A stretch of 64,000 nt of DNA, from NCBI GenBank assembly GCA_963845535.1, contig CAWJSK010000012.1, positions 96,001-160,000 on the forward strand. Direction: 5' to 3'. This DNA is from an uncultured Spirochaetota bacterium (GTDB taxonomy: Bacteria; Spirochaetota; Spirochaetia; SZUA-6; Fen-1364). The position numbers were made by a program, and so were the translations under genes. Shown piece by piece: positions 42,323-51,391 of this stretch; within the stretch, counting starts at the first letter, position 1, and each line of letters opens with the position of its first letter. The notes under the pieces were generated by a model. That model saw nothing but the letters and a program-made list of their open reading frames with translations. It searched no databases and had not been told where the DNA came from.

Positions 42323-43471
42323 TCACCCGCTCCCGAACACAGCCGCAGTCTCTTTCAGGAAAGTGCGGATCGGGATCCCCTGCGGGCACAGGTCCTCGCA
42401 CTGTCCGCACTCCGTGCACGCGTCAGGTTTCCCCACGATTCGGGTGTAACCGGTAAGCCAAGGGTCCTTCGTATTCCACATTGATGAGGCATTGAGCGCC
42501 GCCATCAACTCGGGAATGGCCACGCCTTGCGGACACGGCTGGCAGTAACGACACGCGCTGCAGTCCACCTTCATCCGCGCTTGCATTGCGGTCCGCGCGG
42601 CGTCGTACACGGAAAGGTTCCCCGGCGTCAGAGTACTGGGCTTGGCAACGTCAGCGACCCGAAGGTTCTCTTGGAGCTGCGCCGGATGGTTCATGCCTGA
42701 CAACAGGAGGCTGACGCCCGGCTCGTTCCAAACGTAACGCAAGGCCCATTCGGCCGGGCTCCAACCCTCGGGTTGGCCGTCGAAAACTGCCTGCATTTCA
42801 GAAGGAAGGTTCTTTGCCAGGCGCCCGCCTTTCAAAGGTTCCATCACCACGACGCCCAAGCCCTTCTTTGCCGCGTACTTCAGGCCGGAGTAGCCCGCCT
42901 GGTAGGCGGTATCAATGTAGTTGTATTGGAGCTGGCCAAAAGCCCAGCCGTCGTACTCGTCAATGATGCGAGGGAAGTCCTCCGATTGGCCGTGAAATGA
43001 GAAGGCGGCAAAGCGGATAAGCCCGCGTTCCCGTGCTCCGTCCAGAAACTCCCGTACGCCCAGGTCCCTCATGCGGTTCCACGCATCTCCGTCAAGCCCG
43101 TGCACGAGGTAAAAGTCGATGTGGTCCGTTTGGAGCCGCTCGAGCTGTTGCGCCAGAAAGCCGTCCATGCTTTCCCGGGTGGTAATGATCTGCTGCGGCA
43201 GCTTGGTTGCCACCTGAACCCGATTGCGCCATCCGCCTGCCAAAGCGTTCCCGACGAATGGCTCGCTCTGCCCCGCCTGCCCGAACTTTGGAGCGTGATA
43301 AAACCACGCCGTGTCCACGTAGGTGACACCCATTTCGATCGCATCGCGGAGCAGCTTTGTCGCAGCATCCGTGTCAATACGGTCCGAAGCGCCCATGGTG
43401 GGCAGCCGCATGCAGCCGAAGCCCAAGGCGGACACCTTGATCCCTGTGCGCCCAAGAGTACGATAGAGCAT
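42323..43471 (-). CDS. Aldo/keto reductase with C-terminal 4Fe-4S dicluster domain
   Basis: LGFGCMRLP, VDTAWFY, MEPLKGG; CSACRYCQPCP and CTECGQCEDLCP. Confidence 0.92.
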   Translation of the reverse strand: MLYRTLGRTGIKVSALGFGCMRLPTMGASDRIDTDAATKLLRDAIEMGVTYVDTAWFYHAPKFGQAGQSEPFVGNALAGGWRNRVQVATKLPQQIITTRESMDGFLAQQLERLQTDHIDFYLVHGLDGDAWNRMRDLGVREFLDGARERGLIRFAAFSFHGQSEDFPRIIDEYDGWAFGQLQYNYIDTAYQAGYSGLKYAAKKGLGVVVMEPLKGGRLAKNLPSEMQAVFDGQPEGWSPAEWALRYVWNEPGVSLLLSGMNHPAQLQENLRVADVAKPSTLTPGNLSVYDAARTAMQARMKVDCSACRYCQPCPQGVAIPELMAALNASSMWNTKDPWLTGYTRIVGKPDACTECGQCEDLCPQGIPIRTFLKETAAVFGSG

Positions 43472-43761
43472 AGAAAACCTCTTCTACCGCCGCAAAAGGC
43501 GGAAACTCTCGACAGTTTGACTCATGACTTCGGTAATGGCGGGCTTTATCCGAGAAACTGTGTGGCGTGCTGTGTTCCGCAGTTCAGCCGTGCGGCCGCA
43601 CCGGTCTCACTCTACGCCATTTCGATCCTGCGAATCAACCTATGATGCCGTCACCTCACTGCTGACTCGGCTCTCGCATATGGTGTATAGTTTCTTAGTT
43701 CGATCACATCGTCGCACAGCGACTGCATCTCGCGTTCGCACAGGTTGTCCAAGGAGTTATC

Positions 43762-44802
43762 ATGAAGTTGCTTCGTTTCGTCTTTTTGATCGTTTTTCTT
43801 TGTGGTGCGGCTGGTTCCACCGCATTTGCAGAAGGAATAACGCTTGAGATTGGCGCTCTCGGTGCCGCGCTGAACGCTTTTTCTTCTGCGCAGCAGAAGC
43901 CAGGGGCCCCAACGGTGGCGATTACGAGCAATGCCAATCTGGTGCCGGACCCCTACGTCAATGGCTATTATGCATTGAAGCTGAATGAGTCCACCACAGT
44001 ACGGCTTGGCCTGCGCGCAGAAGACATGATGGGCACGATATCCCCATCCTTCGTGAACCTGGCTCGTGCCGAGCCTTTTGCGGATTTTCTCTACGGGCCT
44101 TTGTCAGTGCGCGTGAGCTTCCCTTTGTACTTCATCGGTGCAGACACGACACATGATCCCGCGTACGCTGAAATCAAGTATCTCCTGGATTACGCGTACA
44201 AGGGGATCTCGCTGGGAACGTTCTTCGGCAACGGGATGAACACCTTTCTCTTTACAAACTACGAGAATGTCGCGTACAAGCTCTCTTTCGACAAGACGAC
44301 TGCTTTGGTTTTCTCTGTCAGCACCGAAATCGGAATCTCTCCGGCGTGGCTGTATGACGTCAAGCCTCAGGTGAGCTTCATCTACGGGCCTTTGCAGCTC
44401 GACCTGCAAGAGGCCGTCTATTTCGCTGATCAAGGGAGCACATCTCCCTCATTTTCCGACTCAAAATACAACCTGCGGCTGTATACAGGCCCCAAGCTGA
44501 CCTTTGATTTTACAAGCGTAGGGGTCACTGGGCTCAAGGCGTATGTCATGGCCTCTTTGTACACATACGACGACTATCCGAACGGCGCTGCTCCGGGCTC
44601 CGCCTTCTACGGAAGCACCTCCGGCTCTGCTATTGCGAAAGGATCCAGCCTGTATCCTGGAATCATCTATTCGAGAGGGCCATTTTATGTCGAGGCAGTG
44701 TTCAAGATCCACAACTATGACGATTCGAACACCGACGGGTTTACAAATGTGAACCCGACTTTCGATCCCTCGGTGAAAGTCTCGTACACGTTTCATTTCT
44801 AG
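43762..44802 (+). CDS. Hypothetical exported protein, probable outer-membrane beta-barrel
   Basis: Signal peptide ending AFA; alternating aromatic beta-strands; C-terminal VKVSYTFHF. Confidence 0.6.
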   Translation: MKLLRFVFLIVFLCGAAGSTAFAEGITLEIGALGAALNAFSSAQQKPGAPTVAITSNANLVPDPYVNGYYALKLNESTTVRLGLRAEDMMGTISPSFVNLARAEPFADFLYGPLSVRVSFPLYFIGADTTHDPAYAEIKYLLDYAYKGISLGTFFGNGMNTFLFTNYENVAYKLSFDKTTALVFSVSTEIGISPAWLYDVKPQVSFIYGPLQLDLQEAVYFADQGSTSPSFSDSKYNLRLYTGPKLTFDFTSVGVTGLKAYVMASLYTYDDYPNGAAPGSAFYGSTSGSAIAKGSSLYPGIIYSRGPFYVEAVFKIHNYDDSNTDGFTNVNPTFDPSVKVSYTFHF

Positions 44803-44809
44803 CCCAAGC

Positions 44810-45694
44810 CTACGGAGCAGGAAAAGCGTTTATCGCCTTGCCAATCTGGTCCGGATACTGAAACATGACGCCATGCCCGCCGTCCGGGAACTGGATGAGC
44901 CGTGAGTCATGTATTCCGATGGCAAGCAGCGCGGAGTTCCTCGTCGGGAACACGATGTCCTGATTCCCCGTGATTATCAGGGTCGGGCACTGAATTTCGG
45001 CCAGATGCAACGCAACTCCCTCCCAGTCCTCAATGGCCTTGAGCTGCCGCAGCGTGCGCTCGCGCGGGTTCATGGTTGCGTTGACAGGAAAGTAATTCCA
45101 CACGGCAGGATGAGCGTTCAGCCAGGCTTCAGGAAAAAGCAACCCCAAGAGACGCAGCCCTCGCGCCCAAGGGCCTCCCGACGTATCGGTGAGCCGTCGC
45201 AGGACCTCGGGGTCTGGCAACACCTGCTGCGCCCCGCCCGGAGAGCCTGAAATGAGGATGAGGCTCGTGACCCTGTCGGGGTGAGCGATGGCCAGCTCCA
45301 GCGCAACTTCGGCGCCCATGCTCCAGCCGAGAATCACGGCCTTGTCGATGCCGCGGGCGTCCATGAGCCCGAGCGTGTCCGCCGCGAAAAGGGGGATCGA
45401 ATACTCGGCGTCCGAGGAGGCGGAGTGCCCCATGCCCCGGTTGTCGAAGATCAAAAGGTGATGCGAGGCGGACAGGATGTGCAGCAACCGCGGGCTCCAC
45501 AAGTCCATGGAACCGCCGTATCCCATGATCATGACGATAGTATCCCCCACGCCCAAATCCTGGCAGGCAATTTCAATGTCGCCCACGGGGACCGTCGTGA
45601 AGGGCTGCGGGTCGCTCCATGCCCACGGGAGGAGCGGCCAGGCCGCGCAGAGGAAAAGGGTTATGCCTATCGCAAGAGTCCGCTTGGACGTCAT
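44810..45694 (-). CDS. Alpha/beta hydrolase with N-terminal signal or anchor
   Basis: FDNRGMG, GWSMG nucleophile elbow, GNQD, GGH. Confidence 0.88.
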   Translation of the reverse strand: MTSKRTLAIGITLFLCAAWPLLPWAWSDPQPFTTVPVGDIEIACQDLGVGDTIVMIMGYGGSMDLWSPRLLHILSASHHLLIFDNRGMGHSASSDAEYSIPLFAADTLGLMDARGIDKAVILGWSMGAEVALELAIAHPDRVTSLILISGSPGGAQQVLPDPEVLRRLTDTSGGPWARGLRLLGLLFPEAWLNAHPAVWNYFPVNATMNPRERTLRQLKAIEDWEGVALHLAEIQCPTLIITGNQDIVFPTRNSALLAIGIHDSRLIQFPDGGHGVMFQYPDQIGKAINAFPAP

Positions 45695-45710
45695 CTCGGC
45701 GGGACGGTTT

Positions 45711-46256
45711 CTAAGAGATCGAGTAGCCCCCCAGTATCACAAGACTGTAGGCGCCCAGCGGAACGGGCGGTGCTGAGGCACCCGTGGTCGAGAAAAACCT
45801 GTAGAGCCCCCGGCCCTGGACGAAGAAGTTGCCAAAGTGCGCCGTAGCTGAAAGCCCCGTCTGGGCCGCAACGCCGTTGACCCTGTTCTCGTAGTCCTGG
45901 TAACCCCACCCGCCGACAAGGACGGCAAACTCCGCAAGACCAAGACGGGGGAAATGATACGACAAGTCAGTGCCGAAGAACAATTCCGGACCCGCGCCAA
46001 AGCCTTGCTGCGTGTAGGAAGCCGAACCGACGGGCGAGCCGCCAAGGAAGAAATCCATGCCGAAGGTCTCCCATGAGCTGACGTGATAGACGTCCTCCAC
46101 GAAGACCTGGGGGACCAGCGAGGACAGCGGGCTGTTGCCGGATTCGTAGGCCGCCCCCGCGCCGAGGTTGATCTCCGCGCTCGCGCTGACTGCCGTCAGC
46201 ATGAGAAAGATGAAGATGGCGAAAGACCCTGCTTTCGAGAAAGACCTTGTTTTCAT
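45711..46256 (-). CDS. Hypothetical exported small beta-barrel-like protein
   Basis: Signal peptide ending ASA; Gly/aromatic-rich strands; C-terminal ILGGYSIS. Confidence 0.5.
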   Translation of the reverse strand: MKTRSFSKAGSFAIFIFLMLTAVSASAEINLGAGAAYESGNSPLSSLVPQVFVEDVYHVSSWETFGMDFFLGGSPVGSASYTQQGFGAGPELFFGTDLSYHFPRLGLAEFAVLVGGWGYQDYENRVNGVAAQTGLSATAHFGNFFVQGRGLYRFFSTTGASAPPVPLGAYSLVILGGYSIS

Positions 46257-47023
46257 GGTTGCTTCTCCGGTTGACTCTTCACGGCATCTGCCGGTTTGAA
46301 AGACATCGAAAAATCCAGCGGTGAGGCCAGCACCAGCAGGCGCAAAAGCGGGATCCGGAACACCACGGTCCCCGCGCTCACCGTTCCTCCGGTCTGGGAA
46401 ACAATTTCCCCTTCGGGCTGGACCGTGATGGCTATGGAAGAACTTCTGACTTGCGCCGGTCCGTCATCCCCCAGGGAAAATCGCACCATTTCCAGGTAAT
46501 CATTCTCCGTGGTCTTCTGGTCGACCTGCGGACCCAGGCTTTGAAGGACGGGGCTCTCCAGCATCGGAAAGAAGGCCGCAATCTGGCGATAGTTCGACCT
46601 GTCGAGATGGATCTTCAGCGTATCGAGACCATCGGATTGCGTCAGGGAGATGGCATTTGCGCTTTGCAGCCCCGGTTGACTCTCGAAGAGCCGTGGGAGG
46701 GAATCAAAGGCAACCTGGACGTCCAGCGAGCGTTGATCCGCGGAGGCAACGCCCTGGACCGTGATGCCCGGCTGCGCGGCAAAGGCTTTGCGGATGGCCG
46801 CGAGGTCGAATATCGCGTCTCCCGCGGGATCACGCGACTCCCCCGACACTTCAGCCAGCCCGGCGACGTAGTCATGCAGGAGCCTGGTGACCTCCAGATG
46901 CAGCTTCATGGTCCCCGAGCCGTCACCCTTGAGAACGACGGTCTGCGTGGCGCTGCACCCTGCCAGGACCAGAACCACAGTTAGTGGAAAAATACACGCG
47001 AGTCGACTCACGCCACTCGGCAT
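46253..47023 (-). CDS. Hypothetical lipoprotein
   Basis: LAGC lipobox followed by VVLKGDGSGT (LppM-like start). Confidence 0.6.
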   Translation of the reverse strand: MPSGVSRLACIFPLTVVLVLAGCSATQTVVLKGDGSGTMKLHLEVTRLLHDYVAGLAEVSGESRDPAGDAIFDLAAIRKAFAAQPGITVQGVASADQRSLDVQVAFDSLPRLFESQPGLQSANAISLTQSDGLDTLKIHLDRSNYRQIAAFFPMLESPVLQSLGPQVDQKTTENDYLEMVRFSLGDDGPAQVRSSSIAITVQPEGEIVSQTGGTVSAGTVVFRIPLLRLLVLASPLDFSMSFKPADAVKSQPEKQP

Positions 47024-47135
47024 GACTGAACGCTACCCGATGCCGCCGGATCGAGTCAATCGCAGGCCGGGCATCGCAAGCGAATCGCAGGCCCGGCATA
47101 GACATCGCTGCGTGAAAACCCATAGTATCGCCGCA

Positions 47136-48905
47136 ATGTCCACGATACGAGTCGAACCGCTGGGGAAGACGCTGGAAGCGCAGAAAGGCGCCGTCCTCCG
47201 TGACGCGCTTCACGCCGCGGGGATACTCCTGGATTACCCCTGCGGCGGCAAGGGGCGCTGCCGCCAGTGCCGCGTGTCGGTCTCTCAAGCGGCTGAAAGC
47301 TCGGAATCGAATGACGGCGTGCTGCTTGCCTGCCAGTTCGTGATCCAGAACGACTGCACAGTGACGATTGCCCCTGAGCGCTTCTCCGCGCAGGTCTGGA
47401 AGCAGGGCATGCGGGATGAGGACCTCCGCGCTATTGATGCGCGCTCTGGAATTAAGCGGATTCGAATCAAGGCGCCCGAGCCGAGCCTTGAAGACCAGCG
47501 GCCTGACTGGGAAAGGCTTGCCGAGGCCCTTGCCGCGCAAGGGTTGGTTGTGGCTGAGCCCGACCCGCAGGAGTTGGAGCGCGTTTCAGGCAGCCTTCGG
47601 GAAGGCAATTGGAGGGCCGAGGCAATCTGCTGGGAAGGGTCCCTTCTGCGGCTGGATGCCCGGAGCCGGCGCGCCACCGGGTTTGCGGTGGACGTCGGCA
47701 CCACCACGGTGGACCTCGCCCTGGTGGACCTGGAAACGGGCGAGCTTCTCGGCCGCAAGGCGTTCCTCAACGGTCAGGTCGCATTCGGCGCGGACGTCAT
47801 ATCGCGCGCTCAAAGCTTCCACGACAACAGGGGCCCGGTGCGGGAAGCCTGCCGTGCGACGATAGAGGACGGGGCCCGTCAGATTCTCACGCAAGCGGGA
47901 GAGAGCCCGGAGGGAGTGGTGAAAACGGTGGTGGTTGGCAACCCCATCATGATGCACATTCTCCATGGGATAGACCCGTGGCAGTTGACCCGCCTTCCTT
48001 ATGTGCCGGTCACTTCCCTGCGCTTGCGCCGCACTCCCCGCGATCTGGGATTGGCCTTCCAGACCCACGGCTTCGTGGAAACCCTGCCCCTGATTTCCGC
48101 CTACGTCGGCGCGGATACCGTGGGAATGATCGTCGCCCTTGATCTGGATACGGAAAAGACCACGTCGCTTTCGATTGATATAGGCACCAACGGAGAGATG
48201 GTCCTCTCGCGCGGCGGAAGCCTGCTGGCCACCTCCACGGCCGCGGGACCCGCCTTCGAGGGCGCCCAGATCTCCTGCGGGATGCGTGCGCTGCCGGGCG
48301 CCGTGGTAGCGGTTGCCATCAGCCTCGACGGCGCGGTCAGCCTCCAGACGGTGGGGGACGGGGCGGCCAAAGGCATCTGCGGGACTGGCCTTGTGTCCGC
48401 CGTCGCGCAGCTCCTGGAGCGCGAGGTCATGGATGCAACAGGAAGGCTCCTGGATGCCGCGGAGATTGTCGTTCCCGCGCTTCGCGCTCGGGTATTCTCC
48501 CTGGGCAGGGAACCCGCTTTCGCGCTTACCGAGGACAGGCGCGTGTATATCTCCCAGAAGGACATCCGCACCCTCCAGCTTGCAAAGGCAGCGGTGCGCA
48601 CGGGAATCGACACCCTTCTTTCCCTTACGGCTCTCGAGCCGGACGGATTGGATGCGCTTCGCCTCGCCGGCAATTTCGGCGCGGGGCTGGACGCCCGGGC
48701 GGCCATGCGGATCGGGCTCATTCCCCCCATGGACCTGGGGAAGGTGGACGTGGTGGGCAACGCAGCGTTGAAAGGGGCGGTCATGTCGCTTTTATCAGAG
48801 GAGTGCATCAGGAGGTCTGACACCGCCGCGCGCGACGCGCGGTTCATCGAGCTGGGCGGCAGGCCCGAGTTTCAGTCCCGTTTCACCGAGGCTCTGCTGT
48901 TCTAG
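47136..48905 (+). CDS. ASKHA-domain 2Fe-2S protein (RACo-like corrinoid reductive activase)
   Basis: PCGGKGRCRQC...LACQ ferredoxin; VDVGTTT, FGADVISR, IDIGTNGE, AAGPAFEG, GICGTG, LAGNFG. Confidence 0.88.
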   Translation: MSTIRVEPLGKTLEAQKGAVLRDALHAAGILLDYPCGGKGRCRQCRVSVSQAAESSESNDGVLLACQFVIQNDCTVTIAPERFSAQVWKQGMRDEDLRAIDARSGIKRIRIKAPEPSLEDQRPDWERLAEALAAQGLVVAEPDPQELERVSGSLREGNWRAEAICWEGSLLRLDARSRRATGFAVDVGTTTVDLALVDLETGELLGRKAFLNGQVAFGADVISRAQSFHDNRGPVREACRATIEDGARQILTQAGESPEGVVKTVVVGNPIMMHILHGIDPWQLTRLPYVPVTSLRLRRTPRDLGLAFQTHGFVETLPLISAYVGADTVGMIVALDLDTEKTTSLSIDIGTNGEMVLSRGGSLLATSTAAGPAFEGAQISCGMRALPGAVVAVAISLDGAVSLQTVGDGAAKGICGTGLVSAVAQLLEREVMDATGRLLDAAEIVVPALRARVFSLGREPAFALTEDRRVYISQKDIRTLQLAKAAVRTGIDTLLSLTALEPDGLDALRLAGNFGAGLDARAAMRIGLIPPMDLGKVDVVGNAALKGAVMSLLSEECIRRSDTAARDARFIELGGRPEFQSRFTEALLF

Positions 48906-48923
48906 CCATCACACGACACGCTT

Positions 48924-49598
48924 TTAGTCGAGCTTCCTGGCGGGCGCCGAAAAGACGCCTTGCAGGAACCCGCCGCGCGGCTGGCAGACGAACCAATGGC
49001 CCGAAATCTTGCGCGCTTTTTCGTCCAGGGTTCGGTCAATGAACTCCGCAAACTCCTCCACGCCGGCGCCGGAGCTCTGGAAGCCGTTCACGATGATCCC
49101 CGTCCCGTTTTGGCTCGTCATGAGGGACGATGCAAATCCGCGAAACCCTTCGCGCATTGCCGCCTGGACCGCCGTGTCCGACCCCGCGGACGGGAAGCTC
49201 ACCATTGCGAGAAGCCCGCGCTTTCGAGGCGGGAAATAGGAGAGGACTTCCCGCGCAAGGAAGACCGGCCCCTTGGCCTCATCGAAGGAACGCTCGATCT
49301 CCGCGCTTGCGGCCTCGGGAAGCGCGTTCGCTGACGGGCACGGGGCTTCCAGGATGAGGATCTCGTCCAGCGCCTCGACGGCATTGAGGGCGGCAAGCAG
49401 GACGTTGCGGGCAGAAAGGGGGGACCGGCGGTTCCACGGCACGACCAGATGAGCGTCATCCTCGCTTTTGATGCGCCCGGCCCCTTCGCCGCCGACAGGA
49501 GTGGTTGTCACCACGGAAAATCCTTTCGCGCGGAACAGGCGCACGAGAGCGGCGCCCAGCGGTGAGTCTCCCTCTGTAACCAGAACTGCCTTCCCCAT
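48924..49598 (-). CDS. Degenerate SDR-like Rossmann-fold protein
   Basis: KAVLVTEGDSPLGAALVR resembles an SDR start, but no YxxxK motif. Confidence 0.55.
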   Translation of the reverse strand: MGKAVLVTEGDSPLGAALVRLFRAKGFSVVTTTPVGGEGAGRIKSEDDAHLVVPWNRRSPLSARNVLLAALNAVEALDEILILEAPCPSANALPEAASAEIERSFDEAKGPVFLAREVLSYFPPRKRGLLAMVSFPSAGSDTAVQAAMREGFRGFASSLMTSQNGTGIIVNGFQSSGAGVEEFAEFIDRTLDEKARKISGHWFVCQPRGGFLQGVFSAPARKLD

Positions 49599-49759
49599 CC
49601 GGGCGAATGATACCCCGGGCCCGCGGCGCCGGTCAACCGAAGCCGCAATGTCGAAGCTGACGCCGAAGCCGGCCGATGCAGATGCCAAAGCCGAAGCCAA
49701 AGGATGCGCCAGGACGAAGGTGCGTTGCCCAGCCTCTCCTTCCCTGGTAGATTTGGTCC

Positions 49760-51391
49760 ATGAAGATCGCCTGCGGCCAGATAAATCCTACGATCGGTGA
49801 CTTCCCGGGCAACCTGGAAAAAGTGCTCTCCTTTTCGCGGCGTGCCAAGGACGCAGGGTGCGGCCTTGCTGTGTTTCCCGAGATGTGCCTCTGCGGGTAC
49901 CCGCCCATGGACCTCCTGGAGCATGAAAGCTTCGTGGAAGAGAACCTGAAGACCCTTCGTCGGCTGCAGACCGACGCCCCTCCCGACATCGGGATCATCG
50001 TGGGATACGTGGACAGGAACCGTGGCAGGCCCGGCAAGGGGCTTCTCAACGTCGCGTCTCTCATCTGCGACGGCAAGGTCCTTCACACGCAGGCAAAGAC
50101 GCTCCTTCCCACCTACGACGTGTTCGACGAAGCGCGCTGGTTCGAGCCCGCGGACCGCAGGACCGTCGTCAGCTTCGGCGGAGAACGTATCGGGATAGCC
50201 ATCTGCGAAGACCTGTGGTGGGACGGGGAGACGGCGCCCGGCCTGCGCTATCCGGTGGATCCCATCGCGGAGCTGCTCGACGCAGGGGCCACGCTGATCG
50301 TTGCCCCTACCGCCTCTCCGTTCCACGAAGGGAAGCCACGGACGCGCCTCGAGCTTTTCTCACGTGTCGGCAAGGCGTCGGGGGTGCCTGTCGTGTACGT
50401 CAATATCGTAGGCGGGAACGACAACCTCATCTTCGATGGCCAGTCCATGGTGACCTCGCGTGAAGGGAAGCTCGTGCACCTGGGCTCCCCCTTCGAGGAA
50501 CAGCTTGCGTTCGTGGACACGGAGACCAAGGGACCCGAGGTCCCGCTCCCGGCCGACCCGTGGGAGCAGATCGAAGGGGCGCTCGTCCTGGGGATCAGGG
50601 ATTACGTGCGCAAATGCGGCTTCACGCGGGTGCATCTCGGCCTTTCCGGCGGGATCGATTCCGCGCTCGTGGCAGTTCTTGCGGTGGAGGCGCTCGGAGC
50701 GGAAAAGGTTGAGGTTTTCGGCCTCCCCTCCCGCTACTCCTCCGAAGGAAGCGTGAACGACGCTCGCGACCTGGCGCGCAACCTCGGTCTCACGCTCACG
50801 GTTCTGTCTATCGAAGACATTTTCAAAGCGTATCTCGATTCCCTCGCTCCTGTTTTCAAAGGCAGGCCCGCGGACATAGCCGAAGAGAACATCCAGGCCC
50901 GTATACGGGGCACGCTTCTCATGGCGTACTCCAACAAGTTCAACTCCCTCCTCCTCACCACGGGCAACAAGTCGGAGCTTGCGGTCGGGTATTGCACGCT
51001 CTACGGAGACATGAGCGGCGGGCTCGCCGTCATTGGCGACCTGTTGAAAGGCCAGGTGTACGGGCTGGCTCGGTCCATCAACGCCCGCAAACGGTTGGTC
51101 CCTGAATCCATCTTCACCAAGGCCCCGTCAGCCGAGCTGCGCCCGGACCAGACGGACCAGGACAGTCTTCCCCCCTACGAAGTGCTGGACGAAATCCTCG
51201 ATGAATACCTCGTGCAGAACAAGTCCGCGGAGGCGATAGCAGGCAACGGATTCGATCCGGCGCTTGTAAAATCCGTGCTGAGGATGGTGGACAAAGCGGA
51301 ATACAAGCGGCGCCAGGCGCCGCCGGTTCTCAAGGTTTCCCCGAAGGCTTTCGGGACCGGGCGCCGCGTGCCGATTGCCCGGAAGGTTTAA
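49760..51391 (+). CDS. nadE: Glutamine-dependent NAD+ synthetase
   Basis: Nitrilase domain (FPEM, LPTYDVFDE, ICEDLW) plus GLSGGIDS, ENIQAR, TGNKSE, PSAEL. Confidence 0.95.
   Translation: MKIACGQINPTIGDFPGNLEKVLSFSRRAKDAGCGLAVFPEMCLCGYPPMDLLEHESFVEENLKTLRRLQTDAPPDIGIIVGYVDRNRGRPGKGLLNVASLICDGKVLHTQAKTLLPTYDVFDEARWFEPADRRTVVSFGGERIGIAICEDLWWDGETAPGLRYPVDPIAELLDAGATLIVAPTASPFHEGKPRTRLELFSRVGKASGVPVVYVNIVGGNDNLIFDGQSMVTSREGKLVHLGSPFEEQLAFVDTETKGPEVPLPADPWEQIEGALVLGIRDYVRKCGFTRVHLGLSGGIDSALVAVLAVEALGAEKVEVFGLPSRYSSEGSVNDARDLARNLGLTLTVLSIEDIFKAYLDSLAPVFKGRPADIAEENIQARIRGTLLMAYSNKFNSLLLTTGNKSELAVGYCTLYGDMSGGLAVIGDLLKGQVYGLARSINARKRLVPESIFTKAPSAELRPDQTDQDSLPPYEVLDEILDEYLVQNKSAEAIAGNGFDPALVKSVLRMVDKAEYKRRQAPPVLKVSPKAFGTGRRVPIARKV

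Noticed and set aside
49636..49702. Imperfect GCCGAAGCC/GCCAAAGCC repeats upstream of nadE
   Set aside because: Short, irregularly spaced low-complexity repeats; not CRISPR- or iteron-like
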